In this document: piece after piece, positions 1-8,362 of the stretch
How positions within the stretch are numbered: position 1 is the first letter of the stretch
Layout: every line of letters begins with the position of its first letter
DNA from: a virus
Lineage: Duplodnaviria > Caudoviricetes
Virus record (IMG/VR): IMGVR_UViG_3300035561_000032
Coordinates: 1 to 26,449 of that record
Strand: one strand, 5' to 3'
DNA length: 26,449 nucleotides
Notes under the pieces: model-generated
The model's input: the letters and a program-made list of their open reading frames with translations, nothing else
Databases searched by the model: none
Told to the model about the DNA's origin: nothing
Made by a program: the position numbers and the translations under genes

Positions 1-53
1 CCCTCCGTCATCGCGGCGGTGACGGAGGGGGTGCGATTTTAGAGACACCCCCC
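1..53. repeat. GC-rich inverted repeats at window edge; candidate genome terminus/cos region
   Basis: CCCTCCGTCA (1-10) / TGACGGAGGG (20-29) around a 9-nt core TCGCGGCGG, plus GGGGGTG (27-33) / CACCCCC (46-52). GC-rich, downstream of the last gene. Terminus role is inference. Confidence 0.5.
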
Positions 54-131
54 TACATGTTTCGTAACCAAGAACTAAAACCTTCTTTGTTCTAGTAACT
101 ATTCGTTGTTTAAATAATAAGTTAGCTGCGT

Positions 132-383
132 TTAGGTGCTCGCATCTTGCCTAGTTACCTTCTTATAGATGTTTCTGAAATCATATTTAATAATTTCATC
201 AATTGCTCTTTCAACTTCTGAATCGTTTTCTTCTTCTGACAGTTGATCTGAAGTTTTAGCGATTCTTCCTAGATAAGAACAAGAATCGTAACCTTTTTCC
301 ACATCGAACAGAAACCAAGAAGCGAACTGTTCAAAGGGATTGTAAGGATTATCAAACGTCGTTAACATACATCTGCTTTGCAT
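132..383 (-). CDS. Phage hypothetical protein downstream of the RNA polymerase
   Basis: ORF track 132-404; better start ATG 383 after GAAAGGAG. Distinctive LTTFDNPYNPF..W motif. Confidence 0.75.
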   Translation of the reverse strand: MQSRCMLTTFDNPYNPFEQFASWFLFDVEKGYDSCSYLGRIAKTSDQLSEEENDSEVERAIDEIIKYDFRNIYKKVTRQDAST

Positions 384-390
384 TAGCAGT

Positions 391-3078
391 TCACTCCTTT
401 CCATTCAAGTAGTTGGATACGGTAGTTGTTGAAACACCAAGGGCTTTAGCTATTTCAGCCGTGCTGTATCCAGAAGCATTCATAGAAGAGATTCGATTAA
501 TCTTAGCAGTACTCAAAGAAGTTGTTGTTCTAGGAGTAGCTCGCTGTCTAAGATCATCTATATCCACATTATTAATGATCTGGGCAAGTTTGTTTTCGCT
601 GATGGCACCAGCTTGAATGGCTTCCCATTCACGGTCGGTAACCTTAATGGTCTCTCTTTTTGCACCAACGGTGGCACGGGCTCGTGTTAGTTCTTGTTGA
701 CCGATCTTCTTTATTTCAACTGGTTTCATATCGGGATTGTCTTGCTTTTTAGCGTTGACGGCTGCATTAGCTATTACCTGGGCCTGCCGCTCACGAGGGG
801 CGTTCTTAAGGGCCACATTCAGCTTGGCTGATAAGGAGTCTACTTCCTCTTGATAAGTTGTTTTTGCCGAGACGGAATAAGCAATCTTACCAGCATTGAC
901 CATTTCCTTACGAGCCTGGTTCCCTAGAGCCTTCATCTTATTAGCATACTCTGCATACGCTCTTTCTGCTGGAGTATTAGCATCGGATACTAGAGTAAAA
1001 GCATTATCAGTCTCAGCCATCTTGGTGGACTTCTGAGTTCTAACACGGATCTTTCCTGTTTTTTTATCGGTATACTCCTCATAAACCTCTTTATAACTTT
1101 GTTTACCGGTTTCTTTGTCGACGATAGGACTGCCTTTTCTTTTTAAGACGGAAGTCTCAGACTTAGCTCTCGAAATTAGAGTAGCAGCACCTTCACGGTA
1201 CCGACCATCTTCATCATAGGTACCTTGATACTTCTTCTTAAGAGAAGCAATACCGTTGTCAATCTCACTTTGTTTATAATCTAACTTGTGTTTCTCGGCA
1301 TCAATGACTACCATACTGTGACGAACCGCTCTTGCTAATTCATCTTGGGTGGCACCCTTCAAAGTCATGTCAGTAATCAGATTTGAAACTTTACCCATTT
1401 CTGTCTGAGTATTCTTCATTACTTTAAATGTTCCATCTTTCTTACCGCCATACTCTAATTTAGGATCAAACCCTTCAAGTCCTTTCAAAGCAGGGGTGGA
1501 TGCAATTTTTACTTTACCCCCGGTGGGAATGACCATAACTGTATCGCCATCAAAGTCAGCTCCAGACAATCTATCAGCCACTTTATTATTGATACCAATG
1601 GCATCTGATGGGGTGTTACCAAGAACTCGCCTAGCTTCTGATTGTTTATTATTGACAGTCAAAATAGGTATCTCGAATGTTCCACCATGAGGGTATCTTA
1701 TGAGAGCTACCTGTTCACCATTTTCATAGTTAGGAGCGTATACTTCATTATCCTTCATTGAAGTAATAGGTAGGATTACCTGATACTTCTGTCTTGGTAA
1801 AGCCGCTGCCTGTAAATGAATGGCTGCCGAATCACAATCATCCGAAAAAGATTTTAATAAGGCTTTCTTTACCGTTGGGTTTGTGAGAGACATAATCTCA
1901 TCAAACTCTGCTTGTTTATCGGCTGACGCTAAATTAAGTTGTTTTTTAATCAAAGTTATACTCTGTTTTGATAGAAATTGAGAGGGGAGATTATCACTCC
2001 ATTCATTCCAATCGCCTTCTTCAGCTCTTTTATTAATGAGTGAAAGTTGACGTTTTCCATCTTTATCTATGTAATAACTTTGACCACCGGCTTTTATAAG
2101 GGACCCAAACGGATTGTCAGGATCGCTTGTGATATTCTTTAACACATCTCCTTTTGGAGTTCCTTGTTTTTTGTTGGTGTTAAATACGATATCGACTCCG
2201 TCTGGCATATCATCTGAATAGACAGCCATTCCTTTTATGTACTTCTTGCCGTCTACAAGAATACGAACCTGGGCGTAATGGGATTCTCCTAAAGAAAGGT
2301 CGTCGACTCCTCTTCGAATCTCAACCACGCCATCTTTATCGATACTGCCCTCTTCTGCATAACGAATCTTAACCCGGTTAGAGTCCATACTCTTGGGATA
2401 GACAAATGTGTCAAAAGTATCGCCTCCATCATGCGAGATATATTCTCTAACAGAATGGACATTTCCAAAGTCATAGATTTCTTTATGCTCAGTTCCGGGA
2501 GGGCAGAGGACTTGAATATTGGTCTGCTTGCCTGGGTTCGTAACCTGAGGAACACCGCCACCATAAAGCTCGTATCCTTCCATTTCAAGAATATAAAGGG
2601 CTTGCTTCATCTTTTCCTTAGAAATGCCTAATTCACGTTCTACACCAACTCCAACGTCAATCATTCCTTTTTCGTCAACTTGTTTTTTAAGGAAGTCGGC
2701 GGTCTTTCTAGCCTGGTTCATACGGACTTCCGAATCCTCGTTTAGAAGAGAACGTACCGATGAGTCGTTTTTGTAACCCATCTTTTCTGCAATATCATTG
2801 AGACTGTATCCTTTTTCTCTCAGACCTTTAGCGGTAGCTACGTCAATAGATCTTCTTTCATCTTTTGCCAACCCAACTTGAGTTCGAAGCTGACTGGTTG
2901 TTAAACCCATGGAATTTGCTACTTCTTTTTCACTCATTCCTGATTTTTTCAACTCATTCACACGACTTAGAAAATCACCACTACGCTGATAAGGATTATC
3001 GCCTGAACCCCAAGGATAGCGCCCAGAACGTTTTGGCATTCCATAATGCTGTAGAATTTCTTCCGCAATAGGATTCAT
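391..3078 (-). CDS. Single-chain double-psi beta-barrel RNA polymerase (YonO/RNAi-RdRP-like) with N- and C-terminal HTH domains
   Basis: LSGADFDGD catalytic motif (D508-D512, nt 1543-1557), preceded by RYP (~461) and IKG (~282), the motif order of YonO/QDE-1-type enzymes. HTH-like segments GMSEKEVANSMG, GYSLNDIAEKMG, GYSTAEIAKALGVSTTTVSNYL. RBS GGAGGG. Confidence 0.8.
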   Translation of the reverse strand: MNPIAEEILQHYGMPKRSGRYPWGSGDNPYQRSGDFLSRVNELKKSGMSEKEVANSMGLTTSQLRTQVGLAKDERRSIDVATAKGLREKGYSLNDIAEKMGYKNDSSVRSLLNEDSEVRMNQARKTADFLKKQVDEKGMIDVGVGVERELGISKEKMKQALYILEMEGYELYGGGVPQVTNPGKQTNIQVLCPPGTEHKEIYDFGNVHSVREYISHDGGDTFDTFVYPKSMDSNRVKIRYAEEGSIDKDGVVEIRRGVDDLSLGESHYAQVRILVDGKKYIKGMAVYSDDMPDGVDIVFNTNKKQGTPKGDVLKNITSDPDNPFGSLIKAGGQSYYIDKDGKRQLSLINKRAEEGDWNEWSDNLPSQFLSKQSITLIKKQLNLASADKQAEFDEIMSLTNPTVKKALLKSFSDDCDSAAIHLQAAALPRQKYQVILPITSMKDNEVYAPNYENGEQVALIRYPHGGTFEIPILTVNNKQSEARRVLGNTPSDAIGINNKVADRLSGADFDGDTVMVIPTGGKVKIASTPALKGLEGFDPKLEYGGKKDGTFKVMKNTQTEMGKVSNLITDMTLKGATQDELARAVRHSMVVIDAEKHKLDYKQSEIDNGIASLKKKYQGTYDEDGRYREGAATLISRAKSETSVLKRKGSPIVDKETGKQSYKEVYEEYTDKKTGKIRVRTQKSTKMAETDNAFTLVSDANTPAERAYAEYANKMKALGNQARKEMVNAGKIAYSVSAKTTYQEEVDSLSAKLNVALKNAPRERQAQVIANAAVNAKKQDNPDMKPVEIKKIGQQELTRARATVGAKRETIKVTDREWEAIQAGAISENKLAQIINNVDIDDLRQRATPRTTTSLSTAKINRISSMNASGYSTAEIAKALGVSTTTVSNYLNGKE

Positions 3079-3081
3079 GTT

Positions 3082-3639
3082 TTAACCCTCCTCTGCTTTG
3101 ATTTTTGTTATTACCTTGTCAAAAGTGATTATCTTATCAATGATCGGAACTAAATCTTCCGCAGTTGGATTATGTACTACTATTTCGTCTGATTGATAAA
3201 TCCTCAATTCAATGTCAATGTCTGCCGGTTTTATTTTATATTCCAAACAAAAAAGAGCAGTGTAAATTTCAAGCTGCTCCATGCGTGCCGGAGTGACACC
3301 GGATTTATAGTCGTGAATTCTGAGTAATCGATTTCGAAACGATATTGCATCTGCTGTACCAAAACAATTCTCAGAATAGAATAAAACTTGTTCGACCGTC
3401 ATTCTAAATCCAATTGCATCATTTACATACATGTTCAAAGTTTTTCGAGACTTTGGTAATTTCTGTCCAAGCCTGATACACTGAGCCGCGAATTCGTGAA
3501 GCATTGTTCCTTTTTGTGCTGCCAAATATTTAGAATATACATCAGCTACTTTTGCTTCGTCATAATTAATCCAATGATATTTACTAGCACCGAGAAATGC
3601 GTGTTGCCCTTCAAGGTTCAAATGCTTGTTGAAGTTCAT
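3082..3639 (-). CDS. PD-(D/E)XK Cas4/RecB-like exonuclease (DUF2800-like)
   Basis: GTMLHE, EQVL, GTADAI, IHDYKSG, QLEIY motifs typical of RecB/Cas4-like phage nucleases. Confidence 0.75.
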   Translation of the reverse strand: MNFNKHLNLEGQHAFLGASKYHWINYDEAKVADVYSKYLAAQKGTMLHEFAAQCIRLGQKLPKSRKTLNMYVNDAIGFRMTVEQVLFYSENCFGTADAISFRNRLLRIHDYKSGVTPARMEQLEIYTALFCLEYKIKPADIDIELRIYQSDEIVVHNPTAEDLVPIIDKIITFDKVITKIKAEEG

Positions 3640-3901
3640 ACAACACCTCCTCTTTATTTTCGGGATAAATGAAGGCCGCGAACGACATGTCGTTCATTAA
3701 ATCAACATAATATGGTTGATTTGGTTGGCATCTTGCATTTGCATTTTTTTTACCTTCCAAGGCGGCCCATCTATCTTCATACAATATAATTAAATCTGGA
3801 ATACCTTGAATCTCGTTCGGGTCTGTGTGTATAACGATGCAGCCTGGAAACATTTCTTTAAGTTCACTAATTAATTTAGTTTTGAATTTGCTTTCCAACA
3901 T
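3611..3901 (-). CDS. VRR-NUC domain nuclease / resolvase
   Basis: E..F, GIPDL, LEGK, PNQ motifs. Start ATG 3901 after AGGAGG; the ORF-track extension runs through promoter/terminator sequence. Confidence 0.8.
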   Translation of the reverse strand: MLESKFKTKLISELKEMFPGCIVIHTDPNEIQGIPDLIILYEDRWAALEGKKNANARCQPNQPYYVDLMNDMSFAAFIYPENKEEVLYELQQAFEP

Positions 3902-3932
3902 TTCAATGAGCCTCCTTTCTTGTTTTTTAAGT

Positions 3933-3981
3933 AAACAAAAGAGAGAAAGTAAACGCAGTGCACGTTTTATCCTTCTCTCTT
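3933..3981 (-). terminator. Hairpin plus U-tract directly after motif copy 1 (attenuator or small RNA)
   Basis: AAGAGAGAAG...CTTTCTCTCTT stem with inner TAAAACG/CGTTTA, followed by TTGTTT. Confidence 0.6.
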
Positions 3982-4007
3982 CATAAAAGAGTATGTTTTT
4001 TTCGCGA
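3980..4007 (-). promoter_or_regulatory. Conserved phage promoter-like motif, copy 1
   Basis: TCGCGAAAAAAACATACTCTTTTATGAA; aligns without gaps to four other intergenic copies. Confidence 0.7.
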
Positions 4008-4016
4008 AGTAAAATA

Positions 4017-4055
4017 AACAAAAAGAAAAAGCCCATACCATTCAGGTATAGACTT
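4017..4055 (-). terminator. Intrinsic terminator after the PASTA gene
   Basis: AAGTCTATACC-TGAAT-GGTATGGGCTT followed by TTTCTTTTTG. Confidence 0.75.
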
Positions 4056-4099
4056 CGTTAAGTGTAATATTTTTAATCGCGGAATAATCGACAACCAGA

Positions 4100-4657
4100 T
4101 TAGCAGTCCGGATTTTTATTATGATTTACCAAAACTCTTTCGATTTGGTTCTTTGTTTTAGTTGTGATATCAATAGCGCCTCTCTGAACATTTGTTATAA
4201 CACCATCTACAATTCTCTTGTTCTTTTCTTTTTGTTCTGATCTTTTATTAGTTTTTTCCAAAAACAATTTTTTACTTTCTTCAATTACTTCAGAAGTTAC
4301 ATACTTTAAAAACACGATTGTTCCGGGTTTAACCTTTTGTTTATGTTTTGGTTTTGATCCGATAATCTGTAAATCAAAACAATCTTTATATTTAATATTT
4401 GCATCCCTAACAGCGACTGGTTCGACTTTTAAATTACACTCCTTTAATAAGATTATACCTCGTTCTAGTTTTATAGGAAAATCTCTAGAGTATAATTCTG
4501 GAATATTAATCAAATCTTTTCTTTCTTCGAATTTCTCTTTTACTGTTTTAGCAACAGTATTTATTACTGGTTCTAAACTAACAAAAGCCGTGCCAACGAC
4601 TACGAGGGCTTTTGCGATATCGTCTATGTCTTTCGACGCTTGTTTTATTTTTTTAAT
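4100..4657 (-). CDS. PASTA-domain-like protein (AT-rich moron), probable ATT start
   Basis: IPEL...L..GIILLKECNLKV...QIIGSKPKHKQKVKPGTIVFLKY resembles a PASTA repeat; hydrophobic N-terminal segment. No ATG in frame; AAGGAGG lies 7 nt before an in-frame ATT at 4657. Confidence 0.6.
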   Translation of the reverse strand: MKKIKQASKDIDDIAKALVVVGTAFVSLEPVINTVAKTVKEKFEERKDLINIPELYSRDFPIKLERGIILLKECNLKVEPVAVRDANIKYKDCFDLQIIGSKPKHKQKVKPGTIVFLKYVTSEVIEESKKLFLEKTNKRSEQKEKNKRIVDGVITNVQRGAIDITTKTKNQIERVLVNHNKNPDC

Positions 4658-4690
4658 ATCAAACCCTCCTTGAATGAAAATTTTAACATT

Positions 4691-4701
4691 ATTATACCAC
4701 A
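4691..4701 (-). promoter_or_regulatory. Host sigma-A extended -10 promoter
   Basis: TGTGGTATAAT matches TRTGnTATAAT, about 20 nt upstream of the RBS. No good -35 at 17 nt. Confidence 0.6.
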
Positions 4702-4778
4702 AATATCCAATAACCCGATTTGCAATGTCTAACTTTTTTTTTACTTATTTTTGGCTCTTTTTATCCTCTTGGTCAAAT

Positions 4779-5099
4779 GCCCACTTTTTTTGGCCATATT
4801 TATATATTTCTTTAATCTTTTTATCACAATTAATTAAGAATAAAAGTGGGCAAGTGGGCTTTTCGTCCGAATAATTTTTCAAATCGGAGCAAATCGACCT
4901 TTTTTGCCCAAAAAACACCCAAAAAGTGCCGTTTTCAGAAAATGGATTCAATTTTTCAAGCCCACTTTCGTTTTTAAAAGTGGGCAAAAACCCACAAAAA
5001 GTGGGCAAAATCATCCTAAAACTCAATCTAAATCTTCAAAAATCAGTCCAATTTTTCACAAAATCGTAAAAGCCCACTTTGCAAAAATTAAAAGTGGGC
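4779..5099. repeat. GCCCACTTT/AAAGTGGGC inverted-repeat array; candidate replication origin
   Basis: GCCCACTTT at 4779, 4960, 5072; AAAGTGGGC at 4843, 4977, 4998, 5091; AAGTGGGC at 4852; AT-rich spacers; non-coding. Confidence 0.65.
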
Positions 5100-5144
5100 G
5101 TAAATTTGGTTCTTTTTCAAATTTTCTAAGAGTGTTCGGACGGT

Positions 5145-5176
5145 AAAAATAAAAAAAAGAGTCCTTGTTCGGACTC
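5145..5176 (-). terminator. Intrinsic terminator overlapping the stop codon
   Basis: GAGTCC-GAACAA-GGACTC plus poly-T; near-identical to 25268-25285. Confidence 0.8.
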
Positions 5177-5372
5177 AAATTCTTTTACCATTATTAAATT
5201 TAGATTTAATCTTTTCTCTTATTTTCTTTTGATTACATAAAACAAGACTTCCTCCGATAAGAGCTGCATAAATTGCTACGTTCAATATAATAACTTCTTT
5301 TCCGTGCATTTTATAAAAATCTTTTTTCGGTTCAACCACCATTGTTTTATAATCCTGAAACATTTCTTTCAT
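5175..5372 (-). CDS. Small single-TM membrane protein
   Basis: ATG 5372 after AAGGAGG; hydrophobic VIILNVAIYAALIGGSLVLC followed by a basic tail. Confidence 0.7.
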   Translation of the reverse strand: MKEMFQDYKTMVVEPKKDFYKMHGKEVIILNVAIYAALIGGSLVLCNQKKIREKIKSKFNNGKRI

Positions 5373-5398
5373 TATTATTCCTCCTTTAAATATTGGTT

Positions 5399-5426
5399 TC
5401 CATAATAGGAGATGTAACTTTCGCGT
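5399..5426 (-). promoter_or_regulatory. Conserved phage promoter-like motif, copy 2
   Basis: ACGCGAAAGTTACATCTCCTATTATGGA, between a terminator-like hairpin and an RBS. Confidence 0.7.
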
Positions 5427-5430
5427 ATAC

Positions 5431-5489
5431 ATAAAAATAACCCACATTTCATTTCCACCATTCAAGGTAAGTAACAAAACATGGGTTAT
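5431..5489 (-). terminator. Terminator-like hairpin ending the nrd operon
   Basis: ATAACCCAT...GTGGGTTAT stem followed by TTTTAT; long loop. Confidence 0.45.
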
Positions 5490-5508
5490 AAATATACCGC
5501 TCAAATAG

Positions 5509-5634
5509 TTAGCTGTTGTTTCTCAGATACCGAATCAATATCCAGATAAGCCATAATCCACCTGTTAATAATACTAGAATAAAGTCAAAAAGAAGACCAA
5601 AAAAGCCTCGCTTCTTCCCACCTCCGTTACTCAT
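5509..5634 (-). CDS. 41-aa membrane protein (not in ORF track)
   Basis: MSNGGGKKRGFFGLLFDFILVLLTGGLWLIWILIRYLRNNS; RBS AAAGGAGG 6 nt upstream. Confidence 0.75.
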   Translation of the reverse strand: MSNGGGKKRGFFGLLFDFILVLLTGGLWLIWILIRYLRNNS

Positions 5635-5684
5635 ATGTTTCCTCCTTTCTTAGTTACTGAATAACTCAAAACATAGTATACCAT

Positions 5685-7700
5685 TTAACAAATATTACCT
5701 CCGTTAATATAACGGTAGATCTCGCTAATACCAGCAAACTTTTTCTCGCCGATTACCAGCGTCGGCGCCTGTCTAACACCAAGTTCAATTATAAGCTCGG
5801 CGTTGTCTTCCGCCAATATTTTTGTAAAGACAATTCCAGCATCATTAAGAATATTTTCTGCTTGTTTACATTTTGGACAGGTAAGCGTACCGATCAACAT
5901 TAAATCATCATGAGTTTCATTGACAGTATATACCTGTCGATCTTCAAATTCCTGTACTTTTCCGTCGTTCCAATTTTGGACCGGTCGATAATAACCAGTG
6001 ATTCGACTATAGATTTCCGTTTTTTCTCCGCAAACTGGGCAATCCCCAACTTCACCGTTTATATACCCATGGTTCTTACAAATAGAATAAGTAGGGGAGA
6101 TGGTGTAGTAAGGCAGCTTGTAGTTTTCGGCAATCTTACGAACCAGACTAGCAGCTGACCTCCAATCTGGAAGCTTTTCACCGAGGAAGGCGTGGAACAC
6201 GGTACCAGATGTATACAGAGTCTGAAGTTTATCCTGGATATCAAGTGCTGAGAAAATATCATCAGTATAACCGACAGGAAGATGACTGGAGTTGGTGTAG
6301 TAAGGAGTTCCGTCCTCGTTCGCAGTGATGATATTTGGATATTGCTTTTTGTCGAACCTCGCAAAGCGATATGCGGTAGACTCAGCAGGGGTGGCCTCCA
6401 GGTTGTAAAGATCGCCATAAAGCTCCTGATAATCACTAAGGCGTTCTCGCATATGATTAAGAACATCCTTAGCAAATTTTTGAACTTCCGGAGTAGACAA
6501 ATCTTTGTGCAGCCACTTGGCGTTGAGTCCTGCTTCGTTCATACCAACAAGACCAATGGTGGAAAAGTGGTTATCGAATGTCCCTAAATATTGCTTAGTA
6601 TAGGGATAGAGCCCAGCATCCAAAAGCTTAGTTATAAACGTTCGTTTAACTTTAAGGGAACGGGCCGAAATATCCATCAATTTATCTAACTTAGAATAGA
6701 AATCTTTTTCGTCCGAAGCCAGATAAGCAATTCGTGGTAAGTTGATAGTAACCACACCAACCGAACCGGTAGACTCGCCAGAACCAAAGAATCCTCCGGA
6801 CTTCTTGCGCAGTTCTCGCAGGTCAAGTCTAAGGCGGCAGCACATAGATCGTACATCATTGGGCTCCATATCTGAATTGACATAATTAGAGAAATAGGGA
6901 GTACCATATTTCGCAGTCATCTCAAATAGAAGTTTGTTATTCTCAGTATCACCCCAGTTGAAATCTTTGGTAATAGAATAGGTTGGAATAGGATATTGGA
7001 ACCCACGTCCGTTGGCGTCACCTTCAATCATGATTTCAATGAAAGCTTTATTAACCATATCCATTTCCTTTTGACAATCGCCATAAGTAAAGTCCATCTC
7101 TTTTCCGCCGACAATAGCCGGGAGATTAGCCAAGTCATCGGGAACGGTCCAATCAAGGGTGATGTTACAGAACGGAGCCTGCGTACCCCAGCGTGATGGA
7201 GTGTTAAGCCCGAACACGAACGACTGCACACACTGCTTGATTTCTTTTTGGGTTAGATTGTCGACTTTAACAAATGGCGCTAGATACGTATCAAAGGATG
7301 AAAACGCTTGAGCGCCGGCCCATTCGTTCTGCATAATACCTATGAAATTAACCATCTGATTACAGAGCGTTGATAAATGGCTTGCAGGAGTGGAAGTGAT
7401 TTTACCAACCACACCACCAAGTCCTTCTTGAATAAGCTGCTTCAAGCTCCAACCGGCACAATAACCAGTCAACATGGATAAATCGTGCAAATGAATTGCA
7501 GCGTTTCGATGTGCATCAGCGATTTCTTGGTCGTAAACATTTGACAACCAATAGTTAGCTATTACGGCGCCAGAATTAGAGAGAATAAGACCTCCAACCG
7601 AGTAACTTACTGTGGAGTTCTCTTTTACACGCCAATCATTAACCTGTATGTAGTCGTCGACCAGCTCTTTGTAGTTTAAAATATATTCATCATTTCTCAT
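5685..7700 (-). CDS. nrdD: Anaerobic (class III) ribonucleoside-triphosphate reductase with C-terminal glutaredoxin-like domain
   Basis: IHLHDL, SMCCRL finger loop, EATPAES, CKNH..CPVC zinc site, SRITGYY glycyl-radical motif. Tail CPKC..GVRQAPTLV. No ATP cone. Confidence 0.95.
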   Translation of the reverse strand: MRNDEYILNYKELVDDYIQVNDWRVKENSTVSYSVGGLILSNSGAVIANYWLSNVYDQEIADAHRNAAIHLHDLSMLTGYCAGWSLKQLIQEGLGGVVGKITSTPASHLSTLCNQMVNFIGIMQNEWAGAQAFSSFDTYLAPFVKVDNLTQKEIKQCVQSFVFGLNTPSRWGTQAPFCNITLDWTVPDDLANLPAIVGGKEMDFTYGDCQKEMDMVNKAFIEIMIEGDANGRGFQYPIPTYSITKDFNWGDTENNKLLFEMTAKYGTPYFSNYVNSDMEPNDVRSMCCRLRLDLRELRKKSGGFFGSGESTGSVGVVTINLPRIAYLASDEKDFYSKLDKLMDISARSLKVKRTFITKLLDAGLYPYTKQYLGTFDNHFSTIGLVGMNEAGLNAKWLHKDLSTPEVQKFAKDVLNHMRERLSDYQELYGDLYNLEATPAESTAYRFARFDKKQYPNIITANEDGTPYYTNSSHLPVGYTDDIFSALDIQDKLQTLYTSGTVFHAFLGEKLPDWRSAASLVRKIAENYKLPYYTISPTYSICKNHGYINGEVGDCPVCGEKTEIYSRITGYYRPVQNWNDGKVQEFEDRQVYTVNETHDDLMLIGTLTCPKCKQAENILNDAGIVFTKILAEDNAELIIELGVRQAPTLVIGEKKFAGISEIYRYINGGNIC

Positions 7701-7721
7701 ATTGAGTCAATGTTCCTTTCT

Positions 7722-8189
7722 TCAGTCCATATTAGGTAACATTTTACAAACCAATCCATCCTCTTTTACATTAATGATTCTTTGGTTACTGCTGCCGTAC
7801 ATTTTTCCGGCAACCATTTTATCCTGTTCGAATTTTCCATCGACAATATAATCGGCCATCTGCGCAAGTTGGGTTTCTTTGATTTCCTCGTAGTTGAACC
7901 CGGTGTAAATCCATACATCTAAATGTACTGGTAAAAGCTTTAAGAGGGAGACACATTCATCTTGCTGATAGAACGGATCTCCCCCTGATAATGTAATGCC
8001 GTCTATATGCTTATGTCTTTTAATGTCTTCAGCTAATTCCTCTGGAGTGATTTCTTTTCCTCCGTTGAAATCCCAGGTTTCCGGGTTTTGGCAGCCAACA
8101 CAATGATGTGCGCATCCTTGGAAGAACACAACATAACGGATACCATAACCGTTTACAAGAGAACAAGACAGGGTTCCGGTAATTCTCAT
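7722..8189 (-). CDS. nrdG: Anaerobic RNR activating radical SAM protein
   Basis: VNGYGIRYVVFFQGCAHHCVGCQN, SGGDP, GSSNQRI; adjacent to nrdD. Confidence 0.93.
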   Translation of the reverse strand: MRITGTLSCSLVNGYGIRYVVFFQGCAHHCVGCQNPETWDFNGGKEITPEELAEDIKRHKHIDGITLSGGDPFYQQDECVSLLKLLPVHLDVWIYTGFNYEEIKETQLAQMADYIVDGKFEQDKMVAGKMYGSSNQRIINVKEDGLVCKMLPNMD

Positions 8190-8203
8190 AATATCAACCC
8201 TCC

Positions 8204-8362
8204 TTAGATAATCCAGTTCTCCTTGGCAAAGAATAACGGGAGCCCAATCATTAAAGTAAATATGAAAAAGGTGCCGTCGTATTCAATAAGAACACTCAGA
8301 GCACCAAGTAAGATAAACAAAACTGAGTATATTTTATTTTTTAACAGTTCTCGTCGCCACAT
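8204..8362 (-). CDS. 52-aa two-TM membrane protein (not in ORF track)
   Basis: MWRRELLKNKIYSVLFILLGALSVLIEYDGTFFIFTLMIGLPLFFAKENWII; fills the gap in the operon. Confidence 0.65.
   Translation of the reverse strand: MWRRELLKNKIYSVLFILLGALSVLIEYDGTFFIFTLMIGLPLFFAKENWII

Noticed and set aside
4779-5099. Possible CRISPR array, given the nearby Cas4-like gene
   Set aside because: Repeats are 9 nt, in both orientations and irregularly spaced; solo Cas4-like nucleases are common in phages.
4745-5146. ORFs 4745-5026 (-) and 4904-5146 (+)
   Set aside because: They translate the repeat array (repeated KSG/PTF) and have no convincing RBS.
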